64,000 bases of DNA from Botryllus schlosseri. Lineage: Eukaryota. Positions 1 through 49,000 of the stretch are shown piece after piece. The translations under genes were made by a program, and so were the position numbers. Numbering within the stretch: the first letter of the stretch is position 1; the number at the start of each line of letters is the position of its first letter. Where the stretch lies: assembly GCA_051294905.1 (NCBI GenBank), contig CM119372.1:38814001-38878000 (forward strand), read 5' to 3'. Below the pieces are notes generated by a model, which was not told the DNA's origin, did not search any database, and saw nothing but the letters and a program-made list of their open reading frames with translations.

Positions 1-641
1 GAAGTAAAAGTAGCAAAAATCAGATCTAGCCTACCTGAGTAAGTACCATAAGTAGAGGAAAAGTACTTGAGTACTTCGAAAAAGTAGAAGTACTTCGTTA
101 CTGACCACCTCATATTTGCACATGACTGATGACAAGTGCACAATAATTGACCTAAATTGGAACTAAATCTTGTTGGGGTCCGCGGGGTCCGAGGCATTGC
201 AAAAGGGGTCCGCGAAGACAAAAAGGTTGATAACCACTGCCTTAGTGGATAAGACTGACAACAAATTAACGTATCGCTAAAGCTCTACGGATTTTGCTAA
301 TTGGTGATAGCAACGTTTTAAATCGGTCTCCCTCTCAACTGAAACAGCACTTACTAAATTGAAACCCGTCAGACCAGACATTACATCAATTAATACTAAC
401 ATGTAAATAAATCTTTCTTATGCCCGGAGGCGACAGTGAGGAGCATGAAACGAATGAACGACTGGCTGCCATCAAGTCATTGCCAAGGCTGCCAATGGAA
501 TCTACGTGAGATTAGAACTACTGTATCTGGAAATCGGAATAGTCATATTGGGATTTCGTGAAATTAAATAAAATCTATAGTAATCTAAAAGGCAGCATAC
601 CAAGCTGTCAGTGTCGTATCAAACCAGGCAACAACGTATCT

Positions 642-36780
<36,139 letters not shown>

Positions 36781-39700
36781 TATCGATTTGACCCTACATT
36801 ATTTACAATGCATAGTGTCATTGTCCTACCAGAGTCGAAAGGTATTTTCGGGCAGAGTACATTCGGCCAAATATTCTATATTACCCGTGTCTTTAACTTT
36901 CCATCAATACAAGAATTGACGTTCTTCGCCTTTGTCGTTGACTAGTCGAGTCAGTAGCTTACAAATTGAACACGGCGCTCCTTGGGGCTTTACCGACAAA
37001 TAGGCGGTTGAGTAGCACTTGGAGGAATATTGGGCGCTAACAGTAAAACGGGGCGTTCTGCATTATGCAGGGCTACTACAATTATGTTCCCCAAGGGTCC
37101 ATCATCAATGTCTAATATTTGTTTAGCTTCGTCGCAACTCTGATTAAATTATGTTCAGTCATACAGATGTAATACGCTCAACTATATATAGAATCCAGCA
37201 AAGCTTTATTAGGAGAAGAGATAGCGAAAAATGTTTATTGTTCTGTTAGTCAGTGGAAGAATTGCTGGTAACTTTGTGATTTGACTCGTGACTTGACTCG
37301 ACTTGATTTGACTTGACTCGAGTCGCCTACAACATCAAGTCACATGACTTGACTCGAGTCACCATCCAAAATAGGATGATTTGATTTGACTCGAGTAAAA
37401 CTGTTTTATGAGTCGACTTGACTGTTGACTCGAAATGACTTGATCCCAACATTGGTTCTTGCAGCCATTACTAGCTTAGAGTCACCACTAAATCGATTTT
37501 TTTGCATGTCAAAATAAGTCAAAATTTTGTCCAAATTGTACCGTTAGGTCAAACAATTGTCAAAATTGTTTACAAAGTCAAAATGTTTTTGCAACCTACA
37601 ATTTTTTGTATCGCAAATGTTTGCACTTTCGGTAAACTTATCAGTTGACAATTTACAGCTTGTAGCCTACTTTATCAGCCCACCGTTGTAGAGGGTCCAT
37701 TGTCTGCTTATTGTGAATCATAAACAGTAAAATGAAACAAATAGGTTGACTTAGTGTTTATATGTGCTCAACGTACTGAAGCAAGACTTCGTGGGCATTA
37801 TTGGTTCATATATCAAGAAGTGCATGATGAAAATTGTGTCACCTGCAGTGTACGCACAACTTCAGCAGTCTTGCCAGCCAACACCATCTGCTGCTGAACG
37901 TTCTTTCTGCACTTTTGGCCAGTAGGGGTCTTAGCTTTCCCGTGGCCACTTATTGACAACAGATTTTTCCGTGGCCGGCCATGAAAAAGCGTTGTCTCGT
38001 GGCCGGCCACAGTGAATTCCATGGCCGGCCATACGAAATCATCGTGGCCGGCCACGAGTTCGTGGCCAGGTCGTGATTTTGGCACATCTAGTTGGATGAA
38101 AATCCGCCATTTGCCTCTACTTTGACTATACTAACGTAGGCCTAGATCTTCTTCATTTGCACTACGAATTTGCTGATAGCTAGGTAGACGGCTTCCACTA
38201 ATATCGCACGTACTCAAGTCACACCACTGTATTGAGCAGTTCGGGGATTGGTTCGAAATTACCATGGTTTGACACATGTTTACCTTCTGTGTTCAGTGTA
38301 GAAATGAATTTAATTCCCTCTGACTATGAAAAATTACTCTGGGGCGGTGCGTTGTAAACTATAACACCAAAACATGTGTTCCTTGAACTTCCTAGCTAGT
38401 TGATAGAGTAATGTTAGAGGATACATCTTATTGCTCGGTCAGACAAACGACTTTACATTAAAACTGTTGTCCACAGCTTCTAAGCCAGGCGTTCAACGCA
38501 CTGGGATTGTGTGGTGAGATAAAAGTATGGTGCAGACTCGATAGCATTCCAGTCTCTTCGCTTCTCCATCGTCCAAGCCCATTAGTGATGCAAACGTAGA
38601 TAACATGACTCCCGGCCCATGCCCATCCTTCCTTGTCTACGTAAAGAAACCGTCATATTTTTCTTCAAAATGTTCGCTTATTCCGTTATTCCCAATTTCC
38701 CAAAATCGAAAGCAATTGAAGATATGATTACAATCATTCACATACAATTAGTTCAATACAATGTGTCGAATGCATGCTTTTCATAGAAGACACCCAGGGG
38801 CACGAGAGATCAGATGCACTTTACACAGCGATAAGTATTTGTTCGGCCGTCAGATGCTAAACCAAAATGAACGATTCGAACTGGTCTGTGTCATCAAAAT
38901 CGTCCCCTGTACAGTGTACATTGGGTGAACATTCCATTGTTCCTTGCATTAACCACAAATATATCACGAGTGTTGGTGAACACGCACGCATATAAGGCAT
39001 ATGTACTTTTTAGTCGGTCGATGGTGCTGCATTTGATGACGCAAAGTATCTGGAGTGATCTGTTAGACCTATTATAAAAGTAATTTGATTATAAAGCAGA
39101 CGCGTTTACGCCCTATGCCTACCACATCGGTTAGCAGCTTGATCTAACAACGATATGCGATACAAAACGATCCTTGCACCCAAGTAATCTGGCATGCACG
39201 CCATCGATAGTGACTGCGACATCCATTTCATTCGTACACGATTTGTTTCAAGTTTCAACCTCGAAGAACGGCTCCTAGATGCATATATATATATATACAA
39301 ATTATATGGGATGAAAAACGTGACAAAAATCTAATTTCTGGGAACAAAGCCCCACATTATATCAGTAGCACCGGCGGTAGGTTAGGCTACATCGTTGACA
39401 TTTTTCACATATTATGCAGCATATCTGCAGTGCGTCAAGTTCAAGTGCTGCTACAGCATGGAAATATTCATAGATTCATCGACACAATTATCATCGTCCA
39501 ACAATATGAGTGCGGCAAGCTCCATTGATGTTGAGGATAGCGAACGTCGTATGTATTGTAAAGCAGTACGATGATCAAATATGTATAAACCGTATATCTT
39601 GGACTTATCATAGACCTGATACAGAAGGGAAGGATTGTATATCAGCCTAGCATTATCCAATTCACTGCTATTCAGCTATACGAAAGTTAACGAACTATGG

Positions 39701-42557
39701 AATTGTTTTAAACTACATATCCTATCTATACCGTTGGAAAGAGATATCAGATCGGAGGAAACACCGGCCACAGCGAGCTGCTCTGTGGCTGGCCACAGAA
39801 TGTTATGAGGATTTCATAGCTTTTCTGCAACTGAAAGAGTATTTTCCACATATTCTTGGTTCTTTGATTCCCTATTTGTTTCTTTCGGGTACTGCGATTA
39901 CGATATTTATGACTGAGAACGGTAAAACAGGTAAAATGACCGCATACTGACCAAATAAGTATCGCGATGGAACATACATATAGGCCTACTATGTATTCTA
40001 GGAGATGTAGTCGAGTCAACTTAAACGTAAATCGAACAAATCTGCAGTGAATAAAGACAAATTTCCAGTGCAGTATTGTGCTATTCATAAATTCATCATG
40101 GCAATTCACGAAAGATTTTAAACTGCCCCTACATCCTTAAACTAAATGATCAAATATATATGGATAATTTCGCATCGCAGACTTATCCTAAATGATAAAC
40201 ATGGTTGAAAAATGAAGGACATAATCAGCCTCATATTATTTAATCGCAGGTATGCATATTTACAAAATAAAACGTCTATACCAGTAGTCGGGAACCTATG
40301 GCTCGCGAGCCATATATGGCTCTCTTTTGGGTATAAGATATGGCTCTCTGCCAAATAGTTATTTTTGTACTGAATCGATCAATATTGCAGCGATTTTTTT
40401 TTGTAAATTTTCATCACGTTCGGAATAATTAATTTCGTGGCATTATAAACATGTCTTTGAGAGATAAAGACAATGCCGTCTTCAGGTTTAGGGGCTTGGA
40501 CCCCATCTTTTCAAAATCATCAGATTTAAGTGACTGTCACGCCGGCCGCCAATATCACTCGCGAATTTTATGTGCCCGACTCTAAGTCTTGCATTGTGCG
40601 ATACGTTGAATAATCAAAGAGCATAGCAGACATGGCAACGCCCATTTCAAAACGCAGTTTTCAAATACACGTTGTCTTTCTGATCTAAGGCGCGAAACGA
40701 ACTGTTGTGGATGTGACATTCACAATTACAAACTCGAATTACAAACAACGCCATAGCTATCCACGTTCTTGATTGGTAAGTATATAGCTCTCTCTGTGTA
40801 GTAGCCTACCGGCGATAAAATATATGCATGTAGCGCAACGCTATGTTACCGCCGAATACTTTGAGAATTGAGAAGTCGATAAGTATTTAGATTTTCGGAA
40901 TCAGTGTGACAGTCACATTCGAATAATATCAGTTTTACCAAATTCTAAGCTACTTACGATGAATTGCGTTATCAATGGTGAGGCTTGGCCCGTCTGTGCC
41001 TTACATCTCGTTTCGAGCTTTATTTTCGAACAATGAATACCCGTTTCCACAGAGAAAATATGGCGCACAGGGGGAATCCCATGTAGTGGGTTCGAATAAG
41101 TGCTACCATGACGTCACAAATTTTCAATTTTCAATCAATATTTGAGTTATTCCACGTCAGGAAAAGATACAATTATTATTCACGATTTTCATATTGCGTA
41201 CGACCCCACGGGTTGGTAAGCCCGGCACTATTCTATAGACACCAAATCCACTACCTATTACTACGCTGGATCCAACTACAATAACTGGTTTTATTTCAAG
41301 CCTTTTCCAACTAATATAAAATAAGACTTTTTGCGCTATAATAAGAGAGTGATTCAGTTTTATGGATTTTAATTAAAAATTGAGAGAATAGTTTCTTTAC
41401 ATTTGAAACTTATCCAGCTCATATACTTAATTTTCAGGTTTTTCACCAAAAAACTCTCCGACTGTGTTGAAGTTTTTTCCTTTGAAATTTCTATCAGTCA
41501 TTAAGTAGCCTACTATAAGTGTACTCTTTTTCAGACATTTTCTGCTACTTAGCTTTTAGCTATGTTCGATGCTTTTTCGTCCACCTGTTCACAAATCTGT
41601 ATTTACAATTCCAACACAGTCTACCTTCTACAAAAATAATTCCAAATATTCATCTTTCCACTCGAATCTTTGACATTGACATAAACATTTTCAGCTCAAT
41701 TTACGAGATACATTTATTTGAATAGCTAGTTTGATGGTATGTCTCAACTGCTTCCAGAAAGAGCCAAATATTCAAAATTTAGAGCCAAGGGACCAAATTA
41801 ATTTTTTTGGGATAACTGCCGCTAAAAAGGGCCAAATTTGTGGAATTTGGCCCCAAATGGGCTAATCCGGCAACCCTGATTTGGCATAGGAAGTCTTATT
41901 GTTGATAAGATGAAGAGGATGGGATGACTGAGCAAAGGTGACTAGAAACGAAGTACTTCTACTTTTTCGAAGAACCCAAATAGTTTTCGGCTGCTTCTAA
42001 TACTTACTCAAATAATATGTTTTTTTCTACTTCTACTTGTTAACCTTTCGTGATTTACATACTTACTTGTCGCTATGTACAGTTTGTCAGGCAGATGTAT
42101 TATGGTCTTGCAAAGAGTAAGAGAGAAAGAGATAGAGATTACAAGACGGAGAAATTAAATTAGACCATGTTTGATCATCAATAAAGATTTTCTGGTCAGA
42201 AGACACGAAATATATTGATGTGTTTGTATCAGTTTTACAACTGCAATTGTCCAAATAACAGCGCGAAAAAACATCTATAACGGCAACTAAGTATATTGTC
42301 GGCGATTATCCTTATTTTTAATGTCATTACTCGATAATCTTTTTGTGTTCGTCTTGAAAATTCGAATGAAGACACCTCCGACTATGATCTTCAAAAAGAA
42401 ATCTTATCTTTAAATCTGCTTACTCCAGTAATTTTTGAACATTTCAATTTCTACTTCTAAACTTTGAGTGGTTTTGACATGACTCCTTCTCTAATTGTAA
42501 TTGAGTACAAATGTCCGACCACACTCCGACTGCTACTTGAATAACAACGATGACAAC

Positions 42558-43921
42558 TAGGGATGGTGTGAACATTAGGTTCACGTTCGCGTTCTGTGTG
42601 TGAACCTCAGAAATTTAGAGGTTCACGTTCACAAACGAACCTCGGTAGGTTCTGCACTGTGAACCTTTTTCATGTATTACAATTTTCACTTCATTATAAC
42701 ATATTAGGTTGAAATTTATTGCATTTCAACTACGGGCCACTCTGTGCATGGCGCTGGCAGCATATAAAAAAAACACTAAACGAGCATGAACCTTGACAAT
42801 CTCCGAAATTTTACTTGCTTTGTTACAAAAGTTATCTCGAAATTTCCAGCTTTCCGTTTGTGAATATTTTGTGACCCTCTGCTGTGAGCTTGACCCCCAA
42901 TCACACAACATCAAGAGCGAAATACACTATACATGCACTCAGCGATTGATGCTTATTCAACCAATCAATGAAATTGACATCGTCGTCTGATGTAAACAAT
43001 CTAGCAGGCGTGTGGGACAATCTTGACTTCATATGCTTATTGTATCATAAAAACCAAATCCGTTCGATTGGGGTGTTGGCTACTGCTGTATAACTTGTTA
43101 ATGGGATAATATCGGTAGCAAGTATAAACACCCGTTTTACACTCAGACGCTGAATACATTCTCCGGTCTGGCCTAGACCGTTAAGGCGTAAGCTTGCATT
43201 CCCTTGCTAGATCTCGTCGAAATTGTTGGCTAAGCGACGGATTAGGATATTGATTGCATGGGATTATTATATCATTTGATAGACCAAGTTGATACATTGA
43301 CGACGTAAGCAACGTCAATATGTAGGCTACTTCAGCATTGTGGCATTTTGTGACCCGAATCGTCGCTAGGTATCGTGCACAGTACATTAATATATCACTT
43401 CACTGAAATGTAGAGTTGGAATTAGCAATATGACGTCACGTGACGTCATGAGGTTCACGTTCGCCTTCACACTAGTGCGGAGCGGATCGAGAAATTCTCT
43501 GGTCCAGCTTCGATCCGGTTTGCCAATTCTCTGGTCCGGCTTCGATCCGGCTCCAGCTGTAGCAGGAAAAAGTACTGATCCAGCTCCGGCGAAAAATGAA
43601 AAAGTCCTGCCGGAACTCCGGCCCAACATGGTACGGTGGTTCCGTGAATTTAAGAATATGGCTCGTTTCTTTTCGCACTGGCTTGGCGGTTACCGGTTAT
43701 TTGGCGGTTTTGTTGGTTGGTGATTATTTAGTTACAAACGTCATGCTTATCCATAAAGATTCTGGACTTATCAAAAAAGTACTGATCCGGCTCCGATCCG
43801 GTCCTGCCAAAATTGAAACTATCCGGCTCCGGTCTATGCTCCGCACTAGTTCACACAACACCTTTCAAAAAGGTTCACGCTCACACGAACCTGAACCTTT
43901 CAGAGGTTCACACCATCCCTA
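42558..43921. mobile_element. hAT MITE with nested MITE 43473-43848
   Basis: TIR TAGGGATGGTGTGAAC, TSD ATGACAAC/ATTACAAC; inner TIR TAGTGCGGAGC with TSD CTTCACAC/GTTCACAC. Confidence 0.88.
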
Positions 43922-44886
43922 ATTACAACTATCACTACGTCTGCGTTCAATCTATTTGCTGGTCTTGAAAATCGCAACGTATATATCGGTGATTCCAAAC
44001 GCCAAGCTCAAAGATCGCCCTTTTGCGAAGCTCATTGATCCCTGAAGAGTAGGCTACATAACACAGAATAGACAGTTATTTTCTATTCCATGAATAGCTC
44101 ATGCAGACTAGCGCTACACGCATGGACGAATACTTGTCATATAACGGGATACATCTTGAGGTCTACAGGTGATACGCCTTTAGAGATTACGTCTGTGAAG
44201 AGCACGTACCGAAAAAATGTTACCGGCCATAAAATAACGGCGAACAGTCAAGCACATATTAATCGCAATAAGTACAATATCACACCTCACTTTCGCTGGG
44301 GCGCGAAATTGGACGGTGTGTTCATGTCTATGCCTCAAAATTAGAAATCCCTCATTCATGCTTCCAAGGCTTTGTGAACGATTGTAAAGTGCAATACACC
44401 CCGGTTATAATCAGCGAGCAATTGCCTCATTGTATGACGGAATACGGTCTCACGTGTTCCGTCATATCACGGTGATGTCGTCTCATGGCGGGTAGCACAA
44501 TGAAACATTGCATTATGAGTGAGTCGGGAGCTGAATCGGGTTTAGAAGCACAGCTCTAAATTGTGCGTTTGGAGTACTTTAGTATTTTCATGCGGATCCA
44601 TACGTACTTACGATGTTTGAAATTTAGCCCGACACCAGAAAAGGTTGAGAGCCATTGGTAGGCTACACAGTTACTTGAGTAGCTACGCATTGCTGAATCA
44701 TGAATCAAGGAAGACAGAAATATTGAATAAGCGAGCAGGATTGCATGTAGTGTGCATGGCATATTCAACATTTAAAAATATTGTCACAGTTGCCAATCTA
44801 GTGAATGAAAAGTAACTTTTCCTTTCCACTCAGCCAAATCTTTTGTAAAGCGCTCGTTCTCGCTTGGTATTATCATCAAATATAGA

Positions 44887-46058
44887 CTATTTTGTAAATT
44901 GGTTTGCAGTGAAAGTAGAGTTTATCAACTCGTAATAGTCATTCATTTCGTCCCACAATTTGACTAGGCCGTAAGGCTTCACTTTGTGATACGTTTTGAT
45001 AGTTGAGAGACGGAAAGGAGTCGGATCTTTCAATCCCCAAGTCGCGAAAGTCTTTCCCCCGTTGCTTGGCCTGACTCCGACAGCTTTCGCCACCGTTCCC
45101 ACGAAAGCGTCGCCGATCGGAAGTAGATACTTCCAAAAGGTGGCAATCCAACATCTCACCACCATACTTCCGCTAATTAAAAAACCACCTCCAGACACGT
45201 AAGGGGGGTAAAATTTATCTGGGTACAGTCGTATGCTGACGTAGTACCTCGAGGTATTCCTTCGGATTGGCGGTTGTCCAACAAGAATCGACCCGGTATA
45301 TAAGTTTCTTTCTTTTTCGACCGGAAGCGAAATGAGAAAGTCCAGGATATTTCTCATATTCATGAGCATATCGTCATCGCCTTGCATTATAAAAGGCACG
45401 TCCGTACAGTGTGTAGCATACCATTGCCACAACAAGCAATGCTTCAAGCTTAAAGTGTGATAACCTTCCATGAAATCCCATTGTAAAATATCGGAATGTT
45501 TAGTCAACTCTTCCCATAGTATATCAGTACCTAAGTCTGTCTTGCAAGCGCCCAGCAGAAAAACTATTTTAACTCTGACACCCGTCGTGTTGAATATCCG
45601 CGATTCGTCGCCCCATGTCAGCCTGATCGCGTCTCTGCGATCGCCGTGATCGCAAGTGGACTTGATACCGATTAATAGGAAAACATCATTTTTGAAATCA
45701 AAACTGTCGGAACCACGCGGATCGTGCGTGTTGCTTAAACTAGCACAGGTGTTGTTATCGGCAATCATCAATCTGTAGTCTCTTCTTTGCGAAATGACTT
45801 CGTTAATGTTCTCGTTTATCATCAGGTTCGGGTCTGTGTATTTGTCCATGCTTTCAATGCCTGGCAGTGAATACTTGCTACTGGTGTTGAATTTCAAACT
45901 CTTCATCGCGTTCAGAGTGAAATTTAAATGGACAGCGAAACTGCCCTTTGCTTGATAGTATGTCCGGCCGGTATTGGCCACTTTTTCCCTCAAACGGCCG
46001 AATCTTACGGCGTCGGATAGATTCTGATTGTAACGAGACGCATGTCGCCTCATCCAAC
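44887..46058 (-). CDS. GT31 gene exon 2: stem and catalytic domain
   Basis: 388-aa open frame with Galactosyl_T family motifs, preceded by a splice acceptor at 46059-46060. Confidence 0.93.
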
Positions 46059-49000
46059 CTGTAAGAAATGTTTAGGTGATTAGAAATTAAACTACGCGTC
46101 GTGACGCGACAGCGTGCCTTCGGACGGGCTTAGAAATCACGACTAATCAAAATTGAAGTATTTCATTTTAAACAAACTTACGGTCCGGTTTGTTTAGGTA
46201 TGAAACTGCATATATTGACCGGCTTGTTTTGCTGACGTTATGTCTGAAACCGCTGATTCCTGCGCTGCCAGAAACATAGTGTTCGTTGACAACAATGATC
46301 ATTTATTTTCATTTCGTATCTGCCGACTTGTAGCACGGCCCCCGGTAAGACTTTTTTACGACAACACTCACGCGGATCAGGGGGCAAGGAGAAGCCTAGA
46401 TAAACCTCTAACACTCGTTTGGGCAAACTTTTGAGCTCGCGGGCCGCATTCAACATCTGAATCCATGCGCGGGCCGCGCTATATAAAATTGGGATCATAA
46501 ACCAAAACGCAATATGGCTGGTATTTGATTATACAATGAGGACATGGAGATAATATATATATATGCTTATTTGAAACATACCAAACATTGATATGATGAT
46601 ATCGTACGCGCGCCAGAAACAATGGCGAGATTTCATAGGCTGGTCGACCTCAATAACCAATTTGTCAAAACTATAGAGATGAAAGTCTGTTGTCCCGATT
46701 CTTAGCACAGGATTGAAATTTAAATCTGTGAGCAGTGATCAGTTCATAGATTTACTAATTCCACTTTTGTTTCAGTTCCAGGACACACAATGCTGACAGC
46801 ATCATAACCATGTTAGCTTCAAACATGCTTCTTCTATATGTGTAAATTTCACTCCCCTTATCGTCATATCACAAAACGCAACCAGGATGCTATAGCAAAC
46901 CTAACAGATAATTTAGTGGCAAGGGAGGTTACGACTATTGATGAGAGATTTTTAAATATGAAATTCATACTAAATACGGAGCATTAATTATGAATTGGAA
47001 GTGAATCTCGCGAAGCGCGAAAATTTTTTTTAGTTGAGCTCAGCTTCGCGATCCCCTTCAGATGCTTTCATGACCCCAAGGGGCACGCGTCCCCCAGGTT
47101 GAGACCCACTGCCTTAGAATTATCATGTTGAAATATACTAAGAAAAAGTTTGATCAAGTCCCTGCATTAATTTGATTTTTAGTAAGCATTTTATCAATAT
47201 TTTTAATAAGATTCTTTGGACTCTCACGGGCCGCACAGAACGGTGTTGCGGGCCGTAGTTTGCCCACCCCTGCTCTAACACTTGGGTAGAAATTCTGGAG
47301 TCGACCTTGGTCGGACTCGAACCCGTAACCCATTGGTGTTGCAGTCGTGGATTATTCCACCACGCCATCTTGACTGTCTTGTAAGAATTGATACGTGATT
47401 AGAAAAAAAGGCGGATTCACGCATGCATGGTTCTCGACGTCAATGTTCGCTGTGTGGTTTTCCATTGTAAGTTTTATGCCGGTTTTACCCCGTGTAGGCC
47501 TATACATAATATACGCAGTCGTGTTCTGGTCGCTGTCACCACGGTCGTAGTAACGTAATGACCGACAGTGTGTGAACACAGCAATATCTAACGGATAACG
47601 ACATTTGGGTTACGTCAGTCTCTTCGTTTGACCAAAGACAATTTTGTCAATCTTTACCTGACTTGCCGTCGCTAAATTTGATAAAACGAAAACTGCTGCG
47701 GTACTGATACGAATACATAAATTTCATTCTGCCCATGTTCCGCAAATTCCGCACACACTTTAGCGCCACCTAGCGGGTTTTAAAATTAATTATGAACACA
47801 TATGACGTTACACTGTCAATTCGTCGGCTATCGATAGGCCTTTTGCAGGACTTCGATCACGTGACTAGGTCGCATAGCAACCACAAATTGGTTAGCAAGC
47901 TACTTTCTCGCGCACCTGCTTCAGTGCTAAATATCGCATACTGTACTGTTGATTTCTGGTTGTAAACGTTTCGGAAATTTGTTGTAGAAGTCATCAGAGA
48001 TTCACCTATGCTAGATGTCAATCATGTACAAAGCATTTAGAATCATATCGTCAGAATTACGCAGAAATCCATCGGTAACGTAGTCGTATTACGGTACTCA
48101 ACTCTGATCATATGTACTTAAATTTATGCATTTGAAGTAAAGCGATTGGTTTGTAATCTGGTAAGAGTATTTGTGAGTTCAAGCAGAACTATTTGACTGT
48201 TGTGGAGCCTGATTTTGGATGGAAGATATGACTGAAGCAGCCGGGACCCGCAAGAATCAGGATATACTGTCTGCATGTTTGGGTGCTGGCGTGCTGCTAT
48301 AAAACCGCTGAACACATCGGAAGTATCTTTTAGGAGAACCTACCATCAAGACTAAGCAAAGCAGTGCACTTGTTGCCTTATACAATGCCGATCTTATTAG
48401 CACTACTTCACAACTGCGATTGAAGTAGATTTGGCAAATCACACGCGATTTTGATAAATAGTTGATGTCACATATGTGCGCTATTTAGCGAACTAAGGGA
48501 AGTAACTATCAAATAACTCTTAGAGCAGCTCAAACGCAGTGACAAGATCGGTCATCCTATACCCAGAGGTGGTCAACGTGGTCATTGTTGGGAACCGAGT
48601 ACAAGTAATGCCTCAATTTATACTCCAGTACATGTAGCACTAATTACTTCCAGGACATGTCCAAAGTACTTCAAGTGGAAGTAGAACTGAATTTCTGAAA
48701 AGTAGTCAAGAAATTCGTTACATGAAGTAGATTTGGTTGAGGGTCCCTTAGTTTTAGAAATTAATGCCACGTGACAACTGTAAACATTTCATGTTGCATC
48801 TTCTTGATCAACGCAAAAGGGTGATGACACCAGAAATATGTGCAATTTTCAAAAATTAATTATGTTACCGTGGTACTGGGACTATTTTGCCCAGTTGTTA
48901 TGACAACCTCACGCTTGAAGGGGATGCAATCATGCGCCAAAGCTACTTTCTAGTTGACAAAATCCCCAACCTGACAAAAAAGTACTAGCTAAAAACTGTC

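Noticed and set aside
44887..46053. Single-exon GT31 starting at MRRHASRY as in the ORF track
   Set aside because: It lacks a TM anchor; a splice acceptor lies 5 nt upstream and an in-phase TM-coding exon exists at 53316-53478
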